Source: Octopus vulgaris (lineage: Eukaryota). Taken from it: a stretch of DNA of 64,000 nt. The DNA is taken from assembly GCA_951406725.2 (NCBI GenBank), contig OX597827.1:2480001-2544000 (forward strand), given 5' to 3'. Below the pieces are notes generated by a model. That model saw only the letters and a program-made list of their open reading frames with translations, was not told where the DNA came from and searched no databases. Of the stretch, positions 26,545 to 39,807 are shown piece by piece (position 1 is the stretch's first letter; each line of letters starts with the position of its first letter). Made by a program: the position numbers and the translations under genes.

Positions 26545-26946
26545 GGCGCAGGCGTGGCTGTGTCGTAAGAAGCTTGGTTCCCAACTGTATAGTTCCGGGT
26601 TCAGTCCCACTGTGTGACACCTTGGTCATGTGTCTTCTACAATAGCCCCGGGCTGACCAAAACCTTGTGAGTGGATTTGGTAGAGGGAAACTGAAAGAAG
26701 TCCGTTGTGTGTGTGTGTGTGTGTGTCTTTGTGTCTGTATTTGTCCTCCCATCACCTCTTGACAACACGTGTTGTTGTGTTTACGTCTTCCTAACTTAGC
26801 GATTCGGCAAAAGAGACAGATAGAATAAGTACTAGGCTTAAGAAATAAGTCCTGGTGAGGATTTGTTTGACTAAAAAAAAGAAAACCTTTGAGGCTGTGC
26901 TTCAGCATGGCCGCAGTCAAAATGACTGAAACAAGTAAAGGAATAA
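26545..26946 (+). mobile_element. SINE family A, full length
   Basis: ggcgcaggcgtggctgtg...gcatggccgcagtcaaaatgactgaaacaagtaaagg. Confidence 0.92.
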
Positions 26947-26968
26947 AAAAATTAAAAACAGAACTGCG

Positions 26969-27794
26969 GGATCTTTTCATTTTGAAAGCCAGATTTTTCA
27001 GATTTTTCTAGTTAACTAAATAATTTGAAACTTCGTATACTGGTAGAATGTGTCAAAAGAAAACAATAATTTCAACTAGTTTTTTTGACAAAAATGTATT
27101 TTATAAGTTTAAACGTAGTTTAAATCTGCGAATTTTAACCAATCGTATTGTCTGTTTTCATTAGAAATTATTAGCTGCATCGTGTTACTGTGACGTAGAC
27201 AGCTATTTTGTGAGTGGGTAAGCAGTAAGCAAACAGCTGTGGTAGATATGGTTATCGTGGCAGTGGTGGTGGTGGTGGTGGTGGCGGCGGCGGCGGCAGT
27301 GGATGATGATGATAATGATGATGATAGTAGTAGTAGCATTGATTATGTTAGGATGTCTCATGGATGGTAGTGTTGAAGACATTGCAGAGTGTAGTGGTGG
27401 TGAAATTGGTGATTTTAAATATGATGCTGGTATTGATCTTGGGGTTGTGGTTGCAGAAGATGGTTGTGGTGGTGGCATTGGAGGTTGTAGTAATGGTTGT
27501 AGTGGTGGTTGTGAAGATGATTCTGATATTGATAGTCTTTGCATTGAGGTGGTGGCAGAGTCAGAGTAAATAATAAGAGCCCAGTTAACACAAGATTCTT
27601 AAATTTCGGAGATCATAAGATAGAGAGCAAGAAGTTAAAAGTTCCAATACTGGCCCAATACCTACACCCCAGATTCTTCAACTATTTTATAAGAAAGAGG
27701 TTAATGGCAGGATAGGGATTCAGCTTAAAAATAAATTGTATAACAAAAAATACATAAATAAATTACTGCTCCAACGATGTAATTTTAGTATGTA

Positions 27795-27833
<39 letters not shown>

Positions 27834-28242
27834 GCAATGCAAACAATGGAAAATAATTTAAACACTCATTTTATATATACTAAGACTTTCAAAAAGAATT
27901 TAGCTATTTAGGATCTGCACAAATTTTTTATATACTCCACGAAGTTTGAAAGTGTTTAGTTACGATAAGCGGATGTTTACATTTTATGTTTACGTTAACT
28001 ACGTCACAAAATAGCTGTTTACGTTACAGTAACAATATTTTGAGAGGCAGTAAATGATATGAAGTCGAAAGAAAGAATATCATTGGTTAAAATTCGAATT
28101 ATTAAACGTTAAACTTAGAAATTACACTTCCGTTTTCATTTTGGTTTACAATTATGTTTTCTTTTGATACATTCTACCAGTATACGAAGTTTCAAATTGT
28201 TTAGTTAACTAGGAAAATCTGGCTTTCAAAATGAAAAGATCG
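26969..28242. mobile_element. Non-autonomous DNA transposon with long (about 240 bp) TIRs and 8-bp TSD (MULE/Merlin-like)
   Basis: Ends ggatcttttcattttgaaagccagatttt / aaaatctggctttcaaaatgaaaagatcg; similarity extends to cagctattttgtga; TSD gaactgcg at 26961-26968 and 28243-28250. Confidence 0.88.
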
Positions 28243-28379
28243 GAACTGCGTCGAGCTCTCCGCATAACTGCAGAATGGAGTTACGGGGTAATGCAAACCA
28301 CGTATGTTTTCGTTGGTCATCGTGAGTGTTAACAACCATAGCAGTAATGATACGTTTAGCGAACATAAACACAATCCCA

Positions 28380-28745
28380 CGTGTCATTGTGAGCAAATGT
28401 CGACTATTCTAACCTCGGGCCAACCAAAGCCTTGTGAGTGGACCGTAGATGAAAACTGAAAGAAGCGAGTTGTGTGTGTGCGTGCGTGCGTGCGTGCGTG
28501 TGTATGTGGGTTTGTGTTTGTGTTCATCCCCTTATAAGTGTTGGTTTGTTTTCGTCCCCGTAAATTCGTGGTTTGGCAAAAAAGAAACGGATTAAATAAT
28601 TACTAGACTTTAAAGAAAGAAAATATATACTGGATTTGTTCGGATAAACCCTTCAAAATATATACTGGATTTGTTCGGATAAACCCTTCAAGGCGGTGCC
28701 CCAGCGTGGCCGCAGTCCAATGACGGTAGCAAGTAAAAGATAGAA
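28380..28745 (+). mobile_element. SINE family A with internal 35-bp tandem duplication
   Basis: aaaatatatactggatttgttcggataaacccttc occurs twice at about 28620-28690. Confidence 0.8.
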
Positions 28746-29237
28746 GTCACTATTTAATTTGTTCTTGGTGGGGTGGGCTATGAAAGGTAGAACCCAATAC
28801 CCTTATTTGTGTCTCCTTAATTAGTGAGAATTAAAGAAGATATCTTCAGTCCCCACAGGATCCGGTTTAAGACCCATAGAGGCCCTAAGCACTTAAGATT
28901 TTGGTACCCCTATATATATGTAATTCAAAATAGAAACAGTAATAAACCATAAAAATCAATTTTTATTTTTCAAAATGAAACAAAACTAACAAGCAAGATA
29001 GAAAATAATGTTTATTTTCATATACTTCCACTTTATTTGTATTTGAAATGTTTTCTCCTACCTTTTTTTAATTACAGTCTTTGATCAGATCCTCACTATG
29101 ACTCCACGAACACCTTTGAGATTATATTTCCGATCATACAAACCACTTCGAATATTATTTTACCAAGTTTAAAGGGATTTTTTTTTAATGCCGTAGACCA
29201 TTTACCCTTTCTCTGTCCCCACCATTTCCCTTGTAAT

Positions 29238-29529
29238 CAGAGGTTCTCAACCGGGATCCACATGACCCTTGAAGTTCCACATGATCCTTGGAGGTTCATA
29301 TGACCATTAGGAGTCCCTATAAGATTTTGTTGTTAAAATTCATGTACAATAAAATAGCTATACTTCTACAGGAGACAAGATATTTTAACATTTTTTTTAA
29401 TAAAATTCCTAACGATACTTAATTATAAAAATATAATGAATTGTTTTAACACCAAATGTGTATAGGGGTACAGTAGAATAAAACAAGAATGAAAGAGGTC
29501 CAGAAGCAAAAAACGGTTGAAAACCACAG
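29238..29529. mobile_element. hAT-type MITE with three 19-bp subterminal repeats
   Basis: TIR cagaggttctcaacc / ggttgaaaaccacag; related to 30631-30861; TSD not preserved. Confidence 0.75.
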
Positions 29530-29797
29530 CACTAAATTAACTAAACGACCAAGTAGTGGGACTAAACGGGTGACAAATCAATTCTAGCATCCAAGAATAT
29601 AAACTGTCTCTTCCATCAGCCTCCTACACAACTTCCTTTTTCCATATTTCAGTCCCAGTGCTTTGGTCAGACACCTGCGCAAGTTACCACGCAGTGGAAC
29701 CGAACTCAAAACCATACTGTTGCAAAGCAAATCCCTTAATAACAGAGACATACCTGTATTGCAGTATAACCTACTATATAGTGCCATTCGTTTAGAG

Positions 29798-29998
29798 CAG
29801 TGGTTTTCAACCAGGGTTCCGCCAGTACAGTCCAGGGGTTCCGCAAGAAATTACAAAACTGCTAAAAGCGGCAGTAATTTTTAATTCTCTTGTGCAGATA
29901 TGTGTGCATAAGACAATTAAATTATTGCACAAGGGTTCCTTGAGCCTGTGGAATGTTTCCTTAGGGTTCCGCTCCAGCAAAAATGTTGAAAAGCACTG
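29798..29998. mobile_element. hAT-type MITE with 8-bp TSD
   Basis: TIR cagtggttttcaac / gttgaaaagcactg; TSD gtttagag on both sides; subterminal gggttcc repeats. Confidence 0.92.
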
Positions 29999-30630
29999 GT
30001 TTAGAGCGTACAAAATTCTTTGCGACATATTATATTCATTTAATTTCTATTTTTTACCTTTTTTTTTTCACTCTGAGTTATGTCGTATGACTTAGTAGTT
30101 AGGGTGTTGCATACACGATTGTCAGATTGTAGTTTCGATTCCTGGAACGGGCGATACGATATATCCTCGTCCCTCCAACGGTAAAATTAGTTGCGGTAAT
30201 AGTTGGGGATTTAACCCCGCGACAGACCGTTCGAGTGTGGGGGGTGGGGAGCAGTATAATCTCAATCATAGAAACCGGATTAAGCTCCGGCTTTATGACT
30301 CCGAGGGCCCGCGACAGACTTAAACCTTAATCCTTGAGTTTAAATCCCATCGGCGTCAACTTGGTCTTCTTTTTTTCTTTTCAGAGATGTTTAAAATGAC
30401 GTTCTGGTCGACGTTGTTACATCGTCAGGCACCGATGGCTTTATTCCAGCCTTGTGTGTGTGTATGTGTGTTTGTGTGTGTGTGAGTGTGTGTGTGTGAG
30501 TGTGTGTGTGTGTATGTGTGTGTGTGTGTTTGTGTGTGTTTGACTTATTTAACCCGTTATCCAGTTATCTTGCCTGACTTCAGTAAAATTCACTCTGTCA
30601 TAAGGTTTCGGCCTCGGTCTTTGATTAAAG

Positions 30631-30861
30631 CCGTGGTTCTCAACGGGGACCTCAAAGGGCTTTTGCGGGTTCATGTAAGATTCTGTTGTCAAAATATATC
30701 TGCAATAAATTGGTTATACTGCTACAATGCACAAAATATTATTGCAATTTTCCAGTAACATTTAATTAGGATTTTCATAACATCAAAAGGTTAGGAGGGT
30801 CCATCCAAGTAAAATATGAACCAAAGGCGTCCATTGGTTAAAAAATGGTTGACAAGCACTG
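30631..30861. mobile_element. hAT-type MITE with 8-bp TSD
   Basis: TIR ccgtggttctcaac / gttgacaagcactg; TSD gattaaag on both sides. Confidence 0.9.
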
Positions 30862-31406
30862 GATTAAAGGGACAACTTCCTTTCTTCATTGAACCAGTCT
30901 CGAAATCACGATTAAAAAGTAGACGGTTATTGGCGCTGCCCCTTCCCTTAAAGTCTATAAACAAACAAAAGTAGATCAAAAGCAGTCAACAGGTGATTTA
31001 TCATTGATTCACCTGTAATATAAACTATAAATAAGAACCAGCGACTCTGTCATTATAGCCTTCCAGACTGACAATAGCTACTATCAACTCTTAACTATCT
31101 AAACAATTAATTAACAATGCTAATATCTAGAGTAAGGTGAGAAGGATGGATCTAAGCGATCTCTCAGCTTGCTAGAAATAGCAGCCTTAATATTTCTTTT
31201 AAAAAATATCACATTCTGCTAGATTCACATTCTATCACATTCAGATGGATGACGGCTCACTAGTTAGCGCCATCCAATGCGTACGCACGTACACACACAC
31301 ACACACACACACACATACATATACATACATACACACACACACATACATATACATACATACACACACATATACATACATACACACACATATACATACATAC
31401 ACACAC

Positions 31407-31446
<40 letters not shown>

Positions 31447-31543
31447 TTACACACATATACATATATATGTATTTACATACATACACACACACACACACAC
31501 ATATATTTACACATATCCATACACACACAAAATGTATCTGCAC

Positions 31544-31604
<61 letters not shown>

Positions 31605-31607
<3 letters not shown>

Positions 31608-31790
31608 TTTTACTTGGAGCACCGCCTTAAAGGATTTTTGGTCGAGCAAATCGACCCCAGGACTTATTCTTTGTAAGCCTAGTACTTATTCTATCGGTCT
31701 CTTTTGCCGAACTGCTAAGCTACAGAGACGTAAACACACAGCATAGGTTATCAAGCGATTGTAAGGAGCAAACACACTCACACACACACA
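31605..31790 (-). mobile_element. SINE family A 3' half
   Basis: gagcaaatcgaccccaggacttattctttgtaagcctagtacttattctatcggtctc. Confidence 0.88.
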
Positions 31791-32767
31791 CACACACACA
31801 CTCATAACTTTACTTCACACATCAGAACATTTGAATAACTGAAAGCGATTAACTAAACTAAAGGGCCAAAATCTAAGAAGGTAATACGAACGAGATGCTC
31901 CCTATTACCTTTTTTTCATCATATTTTGTATATTTTTTAAATATTTTCGTTATCATTTTGCGTTGGTTTTGTAAAAGAATTCCATGTTTTGTTATTTTGT
32001 AATAAGAATCCGAGACCGCTTCCAGCAATGACCACCCCTACCAACTATAGTTGCTCCACCACCGCTCCGTTCTCACCTATCAGACCATGTCTCCTGCCCA
32101 CCTCCATTCGATCAGAGTAAATATCGATCGATTAGGCGAAATAATGCACGAGAGCCTCTACATACGAAAGACATTAAAGCAGTCACTTGACATGCTAGAA
32201 ATAACAGCCAACTCTTCTTTAAACTCTCACTCCTTGCATTAGCAATGAAAAGCAGAACACATTCGATACACTTGTCCTAAAAAGACATGATGGCCAACAC
32301 TGGAATGTCTCTGATCATAAGACTGCTTCATAACAGCCGACCTAGGGTTAACAAGAACAACACAACAAAATACTTCAGTACCCTGGTCATTCGGGTCCCC
32401 AGTGAGTTGTAGTTTGTGTAGATTATATGGGGGTATATATATCTTTGGTATTCTTATAAAGGGGAGCTAGCCACGGGTGGAACGCCTATGCTGATCACAT
32501 CGTCCGACCAAAGCAGACTTCAGGTTAACGCACTCCAAGTAGTGAGAGCGACTTGTTTTCGTTTTTATTTTTGTCATTCTTAGGAATGCGGCCATGCTGG
32601 AGTACAGCTTTCAAGTGCTTTCACCGATCGCATTGAATATCGAACCCAGTATTGATTTTGCTATTGATTTTATTTATCTCTATCGAAGGGTTAATTTACC
32701 TTTTCACTCGAAGATACACAACTCGAGTGATACAGACACACGCGCACACACACACTTACATACACGA

Positions 32768-32821
<54 letters not shown>

Positions 32822-33177
32822 TTATATACATATATACATATATATACATATATATACGCATACATAGACACACATACGCAAATACATATATACATACATA
32901 CGCACATACAAACATATATACATACGTCTATACAAGCATACATACATACGCACATGCATACATACATACGCACATATATACATATATATACATATATATA
33001 CGCATACATAGACATACATACGCAAATACATATATACATACGCACATACAAACATATATACATACGTCTATACAAGCATACATACATACGCACATATATA
33101 CAAACATACATGCATACATGCACTCATACATACGCACATACATACCTGCATACATGCATGCATGCGTATATGTGGAT

Positions 33178-33400
33178 GTGAAGGCACGCGGCCTGGTGGT
33201 TAGAGTGTTGCATTCATCATTTACGATCACAGAGTCGCTGGTTCGATTCGTGAACTGGATGGTGGGTTGCGTCCCTCGAGCAGGGAACATCATTATATGT
33301 TGCCACAGAGTATTCAGGGCAAAATGAGCACCAGCTAACTGCAGGTGCAACCTTAGAGGCAAGGTGTCTCTGCACGCCACTACACAGACACCCAAAAACA
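33178..33400 (+). mobile_element. tRNA-headed SINE (family D-like), degenerate
   Basis: gtgaaggcacgcggcctggtggttagagtg...ggttcgattcg; related heads near 30090, 42770 and 63290. Confidence 0.6.
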
Positions 33401-33462
33401 ATTAAAGACAGCATGCTATTAAATCGATTCTATTCGCTTACGTATAACTACTAAACAACAGA

Positions 33463-33510
<48 letters not shown>

Positions 33511-33872
33511 AATGGAGTGATTATAATCACCCCATTTGATTTATATGGATAATACCATACTAAATTCTGGTGCCTTTAACTTAAGTACCATATTCATCTG
33601 AATCTAAATTTTTGCTGAACTTATATATATATATATATATATTTATAGAAGATGTGTAGAATGAAATAAAAGGTATTCTGTACAATCTTCGTTCAACTCC
33701 ATTTATTCCATTCACTAATAATATATATATATATATATATATACATACATACCTACCTACCTACATACCTACCTACCTACCTACCTACCTACCTACATAC
33801 ATACATACATACATACATACATACATACATACATACACACACACAAACACCCACATACATACATACATACAT

Positions 33873-33903
<31 letters not shown>

Positions 33904-33930
33904 AACACCCACATACATACATACATACAT

Positions 33931-33961
<31 letters not shown>

Positions 33962-33987
33962 AACACCCACATACATACATACATACA

Positions 33988-34018
<31 letters not shown>

Positions 34019-34019
34019 G

Positions 34020-34255
34020 ATTTATCCTTTACTTGTTTCAGCCACTGCATTGCGGCCATGCTGGGGCAGCACCGCCTTGAAGCGGATTCAGTCGAACAAA
34101 TCGACCCAATTACTTACATTTTCTTTTATTTATTTTCTAAGTCTAGTATTTACTCTATCTGTCTCTGTTGCATGACCGCTAAGTTACGAGAATGTAAACA
34201 AACAAGCACCGGTTATCAAGCGGCAGAGGGAGGGTTAAGATACGAACATACATCA

Positions 34256-34298
<43 letters not shown>

Positions 34299-34456
34299 GA
34301 ATATATATTCGACGTCAGTTTCTGTCTACTGAATCCACTCACAAGGCTCCACCTGGAGCTACAATAGAAAAAATCTGCCCAAAGTGCCACGCAGTGAAAC
34401 TGAATCCAAGACTACATGAGTGGGCAGCGAACTTCTTAACCACACGTTCACGCCTT
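34020..34456 (-). mobile_element. SINE family A, degenerate
   Basis: tttacttgtttcag..tgcggccatgctggggc...gtgccacgcagtgaaactgaa. Confidence 0.85.
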
Positions 34457-34479
34457 CATACATACATACATACATACAT

Positions 34480-34567
34480 ACACAGACAGACAGATAGACA
34501 GACAGATAGATAGAATGATAGAATGATAGATAGATAGATAGATAGATAGATATACAGACAGACAGAC

Positions 34568-34614
<47 letters not shown>

Positions 34615-34624
34615 ATGATAGAAT

Positions 34625-34658
<34 letters not shown>

Positions 34659-34667
34659 ATGATAGAT

Positions 34668-34701
<34 letters not shown>

Positions 34702-34756
34702 ATGATAGAATGATAGATAGATAGATAGATAGATAGATAGAATGATAGAATGATAG

Positions 34757-34807
<51 letters not shown>

Positions 34808-34855
34808 TACAGACAGACAGACAGATAGATAGATAGATAGATAGAATGATAGAAT

Positions 34856-34916
<61 letters not shown>

Positions 34917-34950
34917 GTAGATAGACATACAGACAGACAGACAGACAGAC

Positions 34951-35041
<91 letters not shown>
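34480..35041. repeat. (GATA)n/(GACA)n/GAAT compound array with higher-order units
   Basis: Recurring block tagaatgatagaatgataga. Confidence 0.95.
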
Positions 35042-35042
<1 letters not shown>

Positions 35043-35983
35043 TTGCTGGAAAAATAGAACTAAAAACTGGAGTATATATGTATATATTTATTAAGCACCA
35101 ATGCACGTAACTCTCGGCCTTGTATTATTTTGTAACTTTTGCCGATTCTAAATAATAATAATAATAATACACACACACACACACACACTAACGTGTGCAG
35201 AAAGGGCTTCTGTAAGTATCCGGCGACCGCTTTACGCTTATAATGCAGTTACACACACCGAAGACTAGAAACGTAGAAAGCAAAGGGATCGAACCTGTGC
35301 CGATGAAAATGAACTTTCTAACCACTCGACTGTGGTTGGACGTATTAAACGACAAAGCGCAAATATATATTTTAAAAGTCAATATCAAACGATGTCCCCT
35401 TTATTTTTGAGAGTTAAAAGCGAATACACAACAATGTATCGGTGCTGACTGAGTTTTAAAAGTGAGTGATGAACGATTTATTTCTTGTTACAGGGTTCGA
35501 AAGGTGAGGAGTAACACCGTTCTTGTTACGGCAGTTTTATATTTGATTCATTGGGTTATTTTTAAAGTTATTTCATTTTATTTTATTGTATATTTTTCAT
35601 CAGTCTGTTCTGGAAGAAACGACGGTGGACAAGAATGAATGACCGTTTCATTCGACAGGAAACGAACTTCAAATGGTTAAAAAGAAATTTAGGCACAGAA
35701 CTTAAAGCTTTCTGATTTTAGAATTTGTTCCTTCGTCAAGAGTTTTAACACGCACCTGTTTACTTCTTGGGGAGAAATAAAAAGGATACTGTTGTTGTTG
35801 TTGCTGATGTTGTAGTAGTTGTTGTTGTTTGTTATGTTTATATAAATATTTGTACATGTGCAGAGGTAAGAGTAAAATTTTTTTCTTTGTATGTCTGTGC
35901 ATATGGGTGTGTGTATGTATTGTATGTACGTATGCATCTTTGTAAATGCATGCCTGTGTATAGGTATGCATGTGCTTGTAAGC

Positions 35984-36033
<50 letters not shown>

Positions 36034-36139
36034 ATATATATATTTATATATATATATATATATATACATACATACATACATGTATGTATGCGAGTGGGTA
36101 TATACACACACCAGCATACATATATATGTACATACACAC

Positions 36140-36193
<54 letters not shown>

Positions 36194-36277
36194 GGGCTTG
36201 TATCTATGTACTTTGTGTATGATGTGTATGTATACATTTTGTATGTATAGGTATGCATGCATGTACGTGTAAGCTCG

Positions 36278-36309
<32 letters not shown>

Positions 36310-36949
36310 CATAAGTATATGGGTGGTGTATATATGTGTGTATGCATGTATGTATATAAACACACTCATACATGCATCATGTATATCAGTATGTATAGTC
36401 TCTTCTTATTTCCGTTTTACAAGTGTCTCTCAGCAAACACCTGTAAAAATGTATTTAAGAAAGTCACCTGAACAACTTATTGAAACATTGTTTTCGAAAC
36501 TGTTTGCGTTCGACTTTTTCTCTTTCTGCCACTCATTCATTCATCTATCCATCCGTGTCAGACACAGCTCATAGCATGAAAGAACAAATTAAGAAGAGAG
36601 CAAAGAAGAAGATGGGGCAGAAGAATAAGGAAAGAAATGATGATAGTAATAATAATAATGATAATAATAGTAATAATAATAATAATTTCTTCTATAGGCA
36701 CAAGGCCTGAAGTTTTGGTGATGGGGTGGTGCTACAAGAATACAATGATGCCAGTTTTCAACTAGTAATTATTTCATCAACCCCGAAAGAAATGAAAGGT
36801 AAAGTTCACCTCAGCGGAATTTGAACTCAGAATGTAAAGATGGGCAAAATGCTTAGTGGCATTTTGTCCAGCATGCTAAAGATTCTGACAACTCACTGTC
36901 TTTATAAATAATAATGATGATGATGATGATGAATGAAGAAGACAACATA

Positions 36950-37027
36950 GAAGAAGAAGAAGAAGAAGAAGAAGAAGAAGAAGAAGAAGAAGAAGAAGAA
37001 GAAGAAGAAGAAGAAGAAGAAGAAGAA
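36950..37027. repeat. (GAA)n tract
   Basis: Direct inspection. Confidence 0.97.
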
Positions 37028-37470
37028 GGCAGATGTAAAAATGAGAAAGAAAGAGGACTGAAAGAAAAATACGAAAGAGGACATGAACGACAGAATAATG
37101 AGAATGAGAGAAGAGAAAAACCTTAAAATTCCTTCTTACTGTTCTAAGTAAAATCCTGTCCAATGTTGTGTTGATGAACCGAGAAGTGTATCCTGCGTTA
37201 GAATTGTACAGTCAATGCTGGCTGCTGTTGTGTGCTGCTAGTATTATATATTGTATGTCGGCTTGCTCGATGTGTGTTGTTCTTGTGTGTGGGAGAGAGA
37301 GAGAGAGAGAGACTGGGAGAGGTAGAGAGGGAGGGAGGGAGTTAGCATCAGATGGGAAAAAAAGACTGAAAGAGCGAAGGATGGCGAGACAGAAAGAGAG
37401 AGGAGACAGGGTGGTGGTGGTGGTGGCGGTGGGGGAGATCTGATATGTGTGTGTGTGTCTGTGCGTGTGT

Positions 37471-37507
<37 letters not shown>

Positions 37508-37966
37508 TGTGTGTGGTTGAATGAGAAAGAAAAGGAGACGACAGTCTGCAGTCCTAGTTAGTACAGTGTGTGTGTGTATGTGCTTGTGACTGCATATATG
37601 CATGCATGCATGCGTGTGTGTGTGTGTGTGCGTGCGTGTGTGTGTGAGTGTGTGCATGCGTGTGGTTGTCTCTATGAATGATATGTTTGCTACATTCAGT
37701 GACAGACTATTTGTGGTTCCCATGGAGGGAAGAAAACATACATACACGTGCTCTTTCTTTCTATCCTCTCTCTCACTCTCTATCTTTCTCTCACACACAC
37801 ACGTACACACACACACACACATGCATACATGTACATGGAAGCCCAGAGCTTTTTAGCACCAATTGATGACATAAGCAGAATCACACTGATTGATTTCATA
37901 AATCTCATTCACACAAACACACCTGTATAGGCACATCTGTTAATATATATATATTTAGGTATATAT

Positions 37967-38123
37967 ATTTCTTCACTGCCCAAAAGGGACTACACACAGA
38001 GGGGACAAACAAGGACAGACAAAGGGATTAAGTCGATTACGTCGACCCCCTAGTGCGAAAATGGTACTTTATTTATCGACCCCGAAAGGATGAAAAGCAA
38101 AGTCGACCTCGGCGGAATTTGAA
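37967..38123 (-). mobile_element. 5'-truncated SINE family B with TSD
   Basis: TSD atatttaggtatatat near 37951 and 38124. Confidence 0.88.
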
Positions 38124-38150
38124 ATATTTAGGTATATATGTGTGTGTGTG

Positions 38151-38199
<49 letters not shown>

Positions 38200-38231
38200 A
38201 GGCATATATATGTATCTATGTATATGCATAG

Positions 38232-38452
38232 TCTTTTATTGTTTTATTTGTTTCAGTTATTTGACTGTGGCCATGCTGGAGCACTGCATTTAGTCAAACA
38301 ACTCGACCCCAGCACTTATTCTTTGTAAGCCTAGAACTTATTCTATCAGACTCTTTTGCCGAACCGATAATATTATTGGGATGTAAACACACCAACATCG
38401 GTTGTCAAGTGATGGAGGGGAGGACAGATGCACAAACATATACACACACCTA

Positions 38453-38486
<34 letters not shown>

Positions 38487-38649
38487 TGACGGGCTTCTTT
38501 CAGTTTCTGTCTACCAGATCACTCACAAGCCTTTGGTCAGCCCGGGGCTATAGTAGAAGAAACTTACCCAAAGTGCCACGCAATGGGACTGAACCTGGAA
38601 CCATGTGGTTGGTAAACAAGCTACTTACCACACAGCCACTCCTCTGCCT

Positions 38650-38650
<1 letters not shown>
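38232..38650 (-). mobile_element. SINE family A, full length
   Basis: Tail and head motifs as in 57798-58238. Confidence 0.92.
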
Positions 38651-38744
<94 letters not shown>

Positions 38745-38777
38745 AATAATATATAACTGAAAAAATTTGGAGTCCAC

Positions 38778-38822
<45 letters not shown>

Positions 38823-38825
<3 letters not shown>

Positions 38826-38860
38826 ATGTTGACTTATTTATATAAATAAGTCAACATTCT
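38823..38860. repeat. Perfect 38-bp palindrome
   Basis: agaatgttgacttatttat|ataaataagtcaacattct. Confidence 0.95.
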
Positions 38861-39097
38861 AATATCTTAATATCCTAAAACTGATGAACCAACTAAATTG
38901 TTTCTCCATTTTCTTAATTGTATTATAAATTAATGGTAAAATATTTCTTTACCTTCACCCATTTAATACAATAAGTAAGTTAATTGCATTGCAATTAAAA
39001 ACACTTGTGTATTAATAATTTGGGTATTATACCAACAGTATATTGGATAAGTATCATCCCTTGGTGGGTTGGATCCACAACCCCTAACTTACTTGGC

Positions 39098-39174
<77 letters not shown>

Positions 39175-39326
39175 ACACATATGAATATATGTGCATACAT
39201 ATATACATATATATACATGTACATATATATGCCTGTAGTTAGATAGATAGATAAGATACATATGTTTTTCTCACTTTCTCTCGCTGTCACTCTCTCTCAA
39301 TATATATGTATGCATGTGTATATCTA

Positions 39327-39374
<48 letters not shown>

Positions 39375-39439
39375 CACACATACATATATATATATATATA
39401 CATAGATGTATACATGCATATATATGTTACCAATACCAC

Positions 39440-39645
39440 CCAGCTGGCCCCCGTGCTGGTGGCACGTAAAAGCACCCACTACACCCTCTGAGTGGTTAGC
39501 ATTGGGAAGGATTTCCGGCTCTAGAAACTCTGCCATATCAGATTGGGGCCTGGTGTAGCCATCTGGTTCACTAGTCCTCAGTCAAATCATCCAAACCATG
39601 CCAACATGGAAAGCGGACATTAAACGATGATTATGATGATGATGA
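39440..39645 (+). mobile_element. Retroposon 3' fragment with (GAT)n tail (RTE-like)
   Basis: tggcacgtaaaagcacccactacac...catggaaagcggacattaaacgatgattatgatgatga; homologous to 60565-60725 (minus). Confidence 0.7.
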
Positions 39646-39807
39646 CATATATATATACATATGCACATGTATATATATTTATATATATATGTATATATAA
39701 TTTAAATATAGGATAAAATCTTCATAAGAATTTATCAAGTAGTTAGCGTGAAAAACCTCATAAGAGAAAAAAGGCCATCAAGTTTTTTCTTTTAAATTTA
39801 TATATTT

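Noticed and set aside
33795-34015. Regularly spaced repeats resembling a CRISPR array
   Set aside because: Spacers are CATA/CA microsatellite rather than unique sequence; eukaryotic minisatellite, no cas genes
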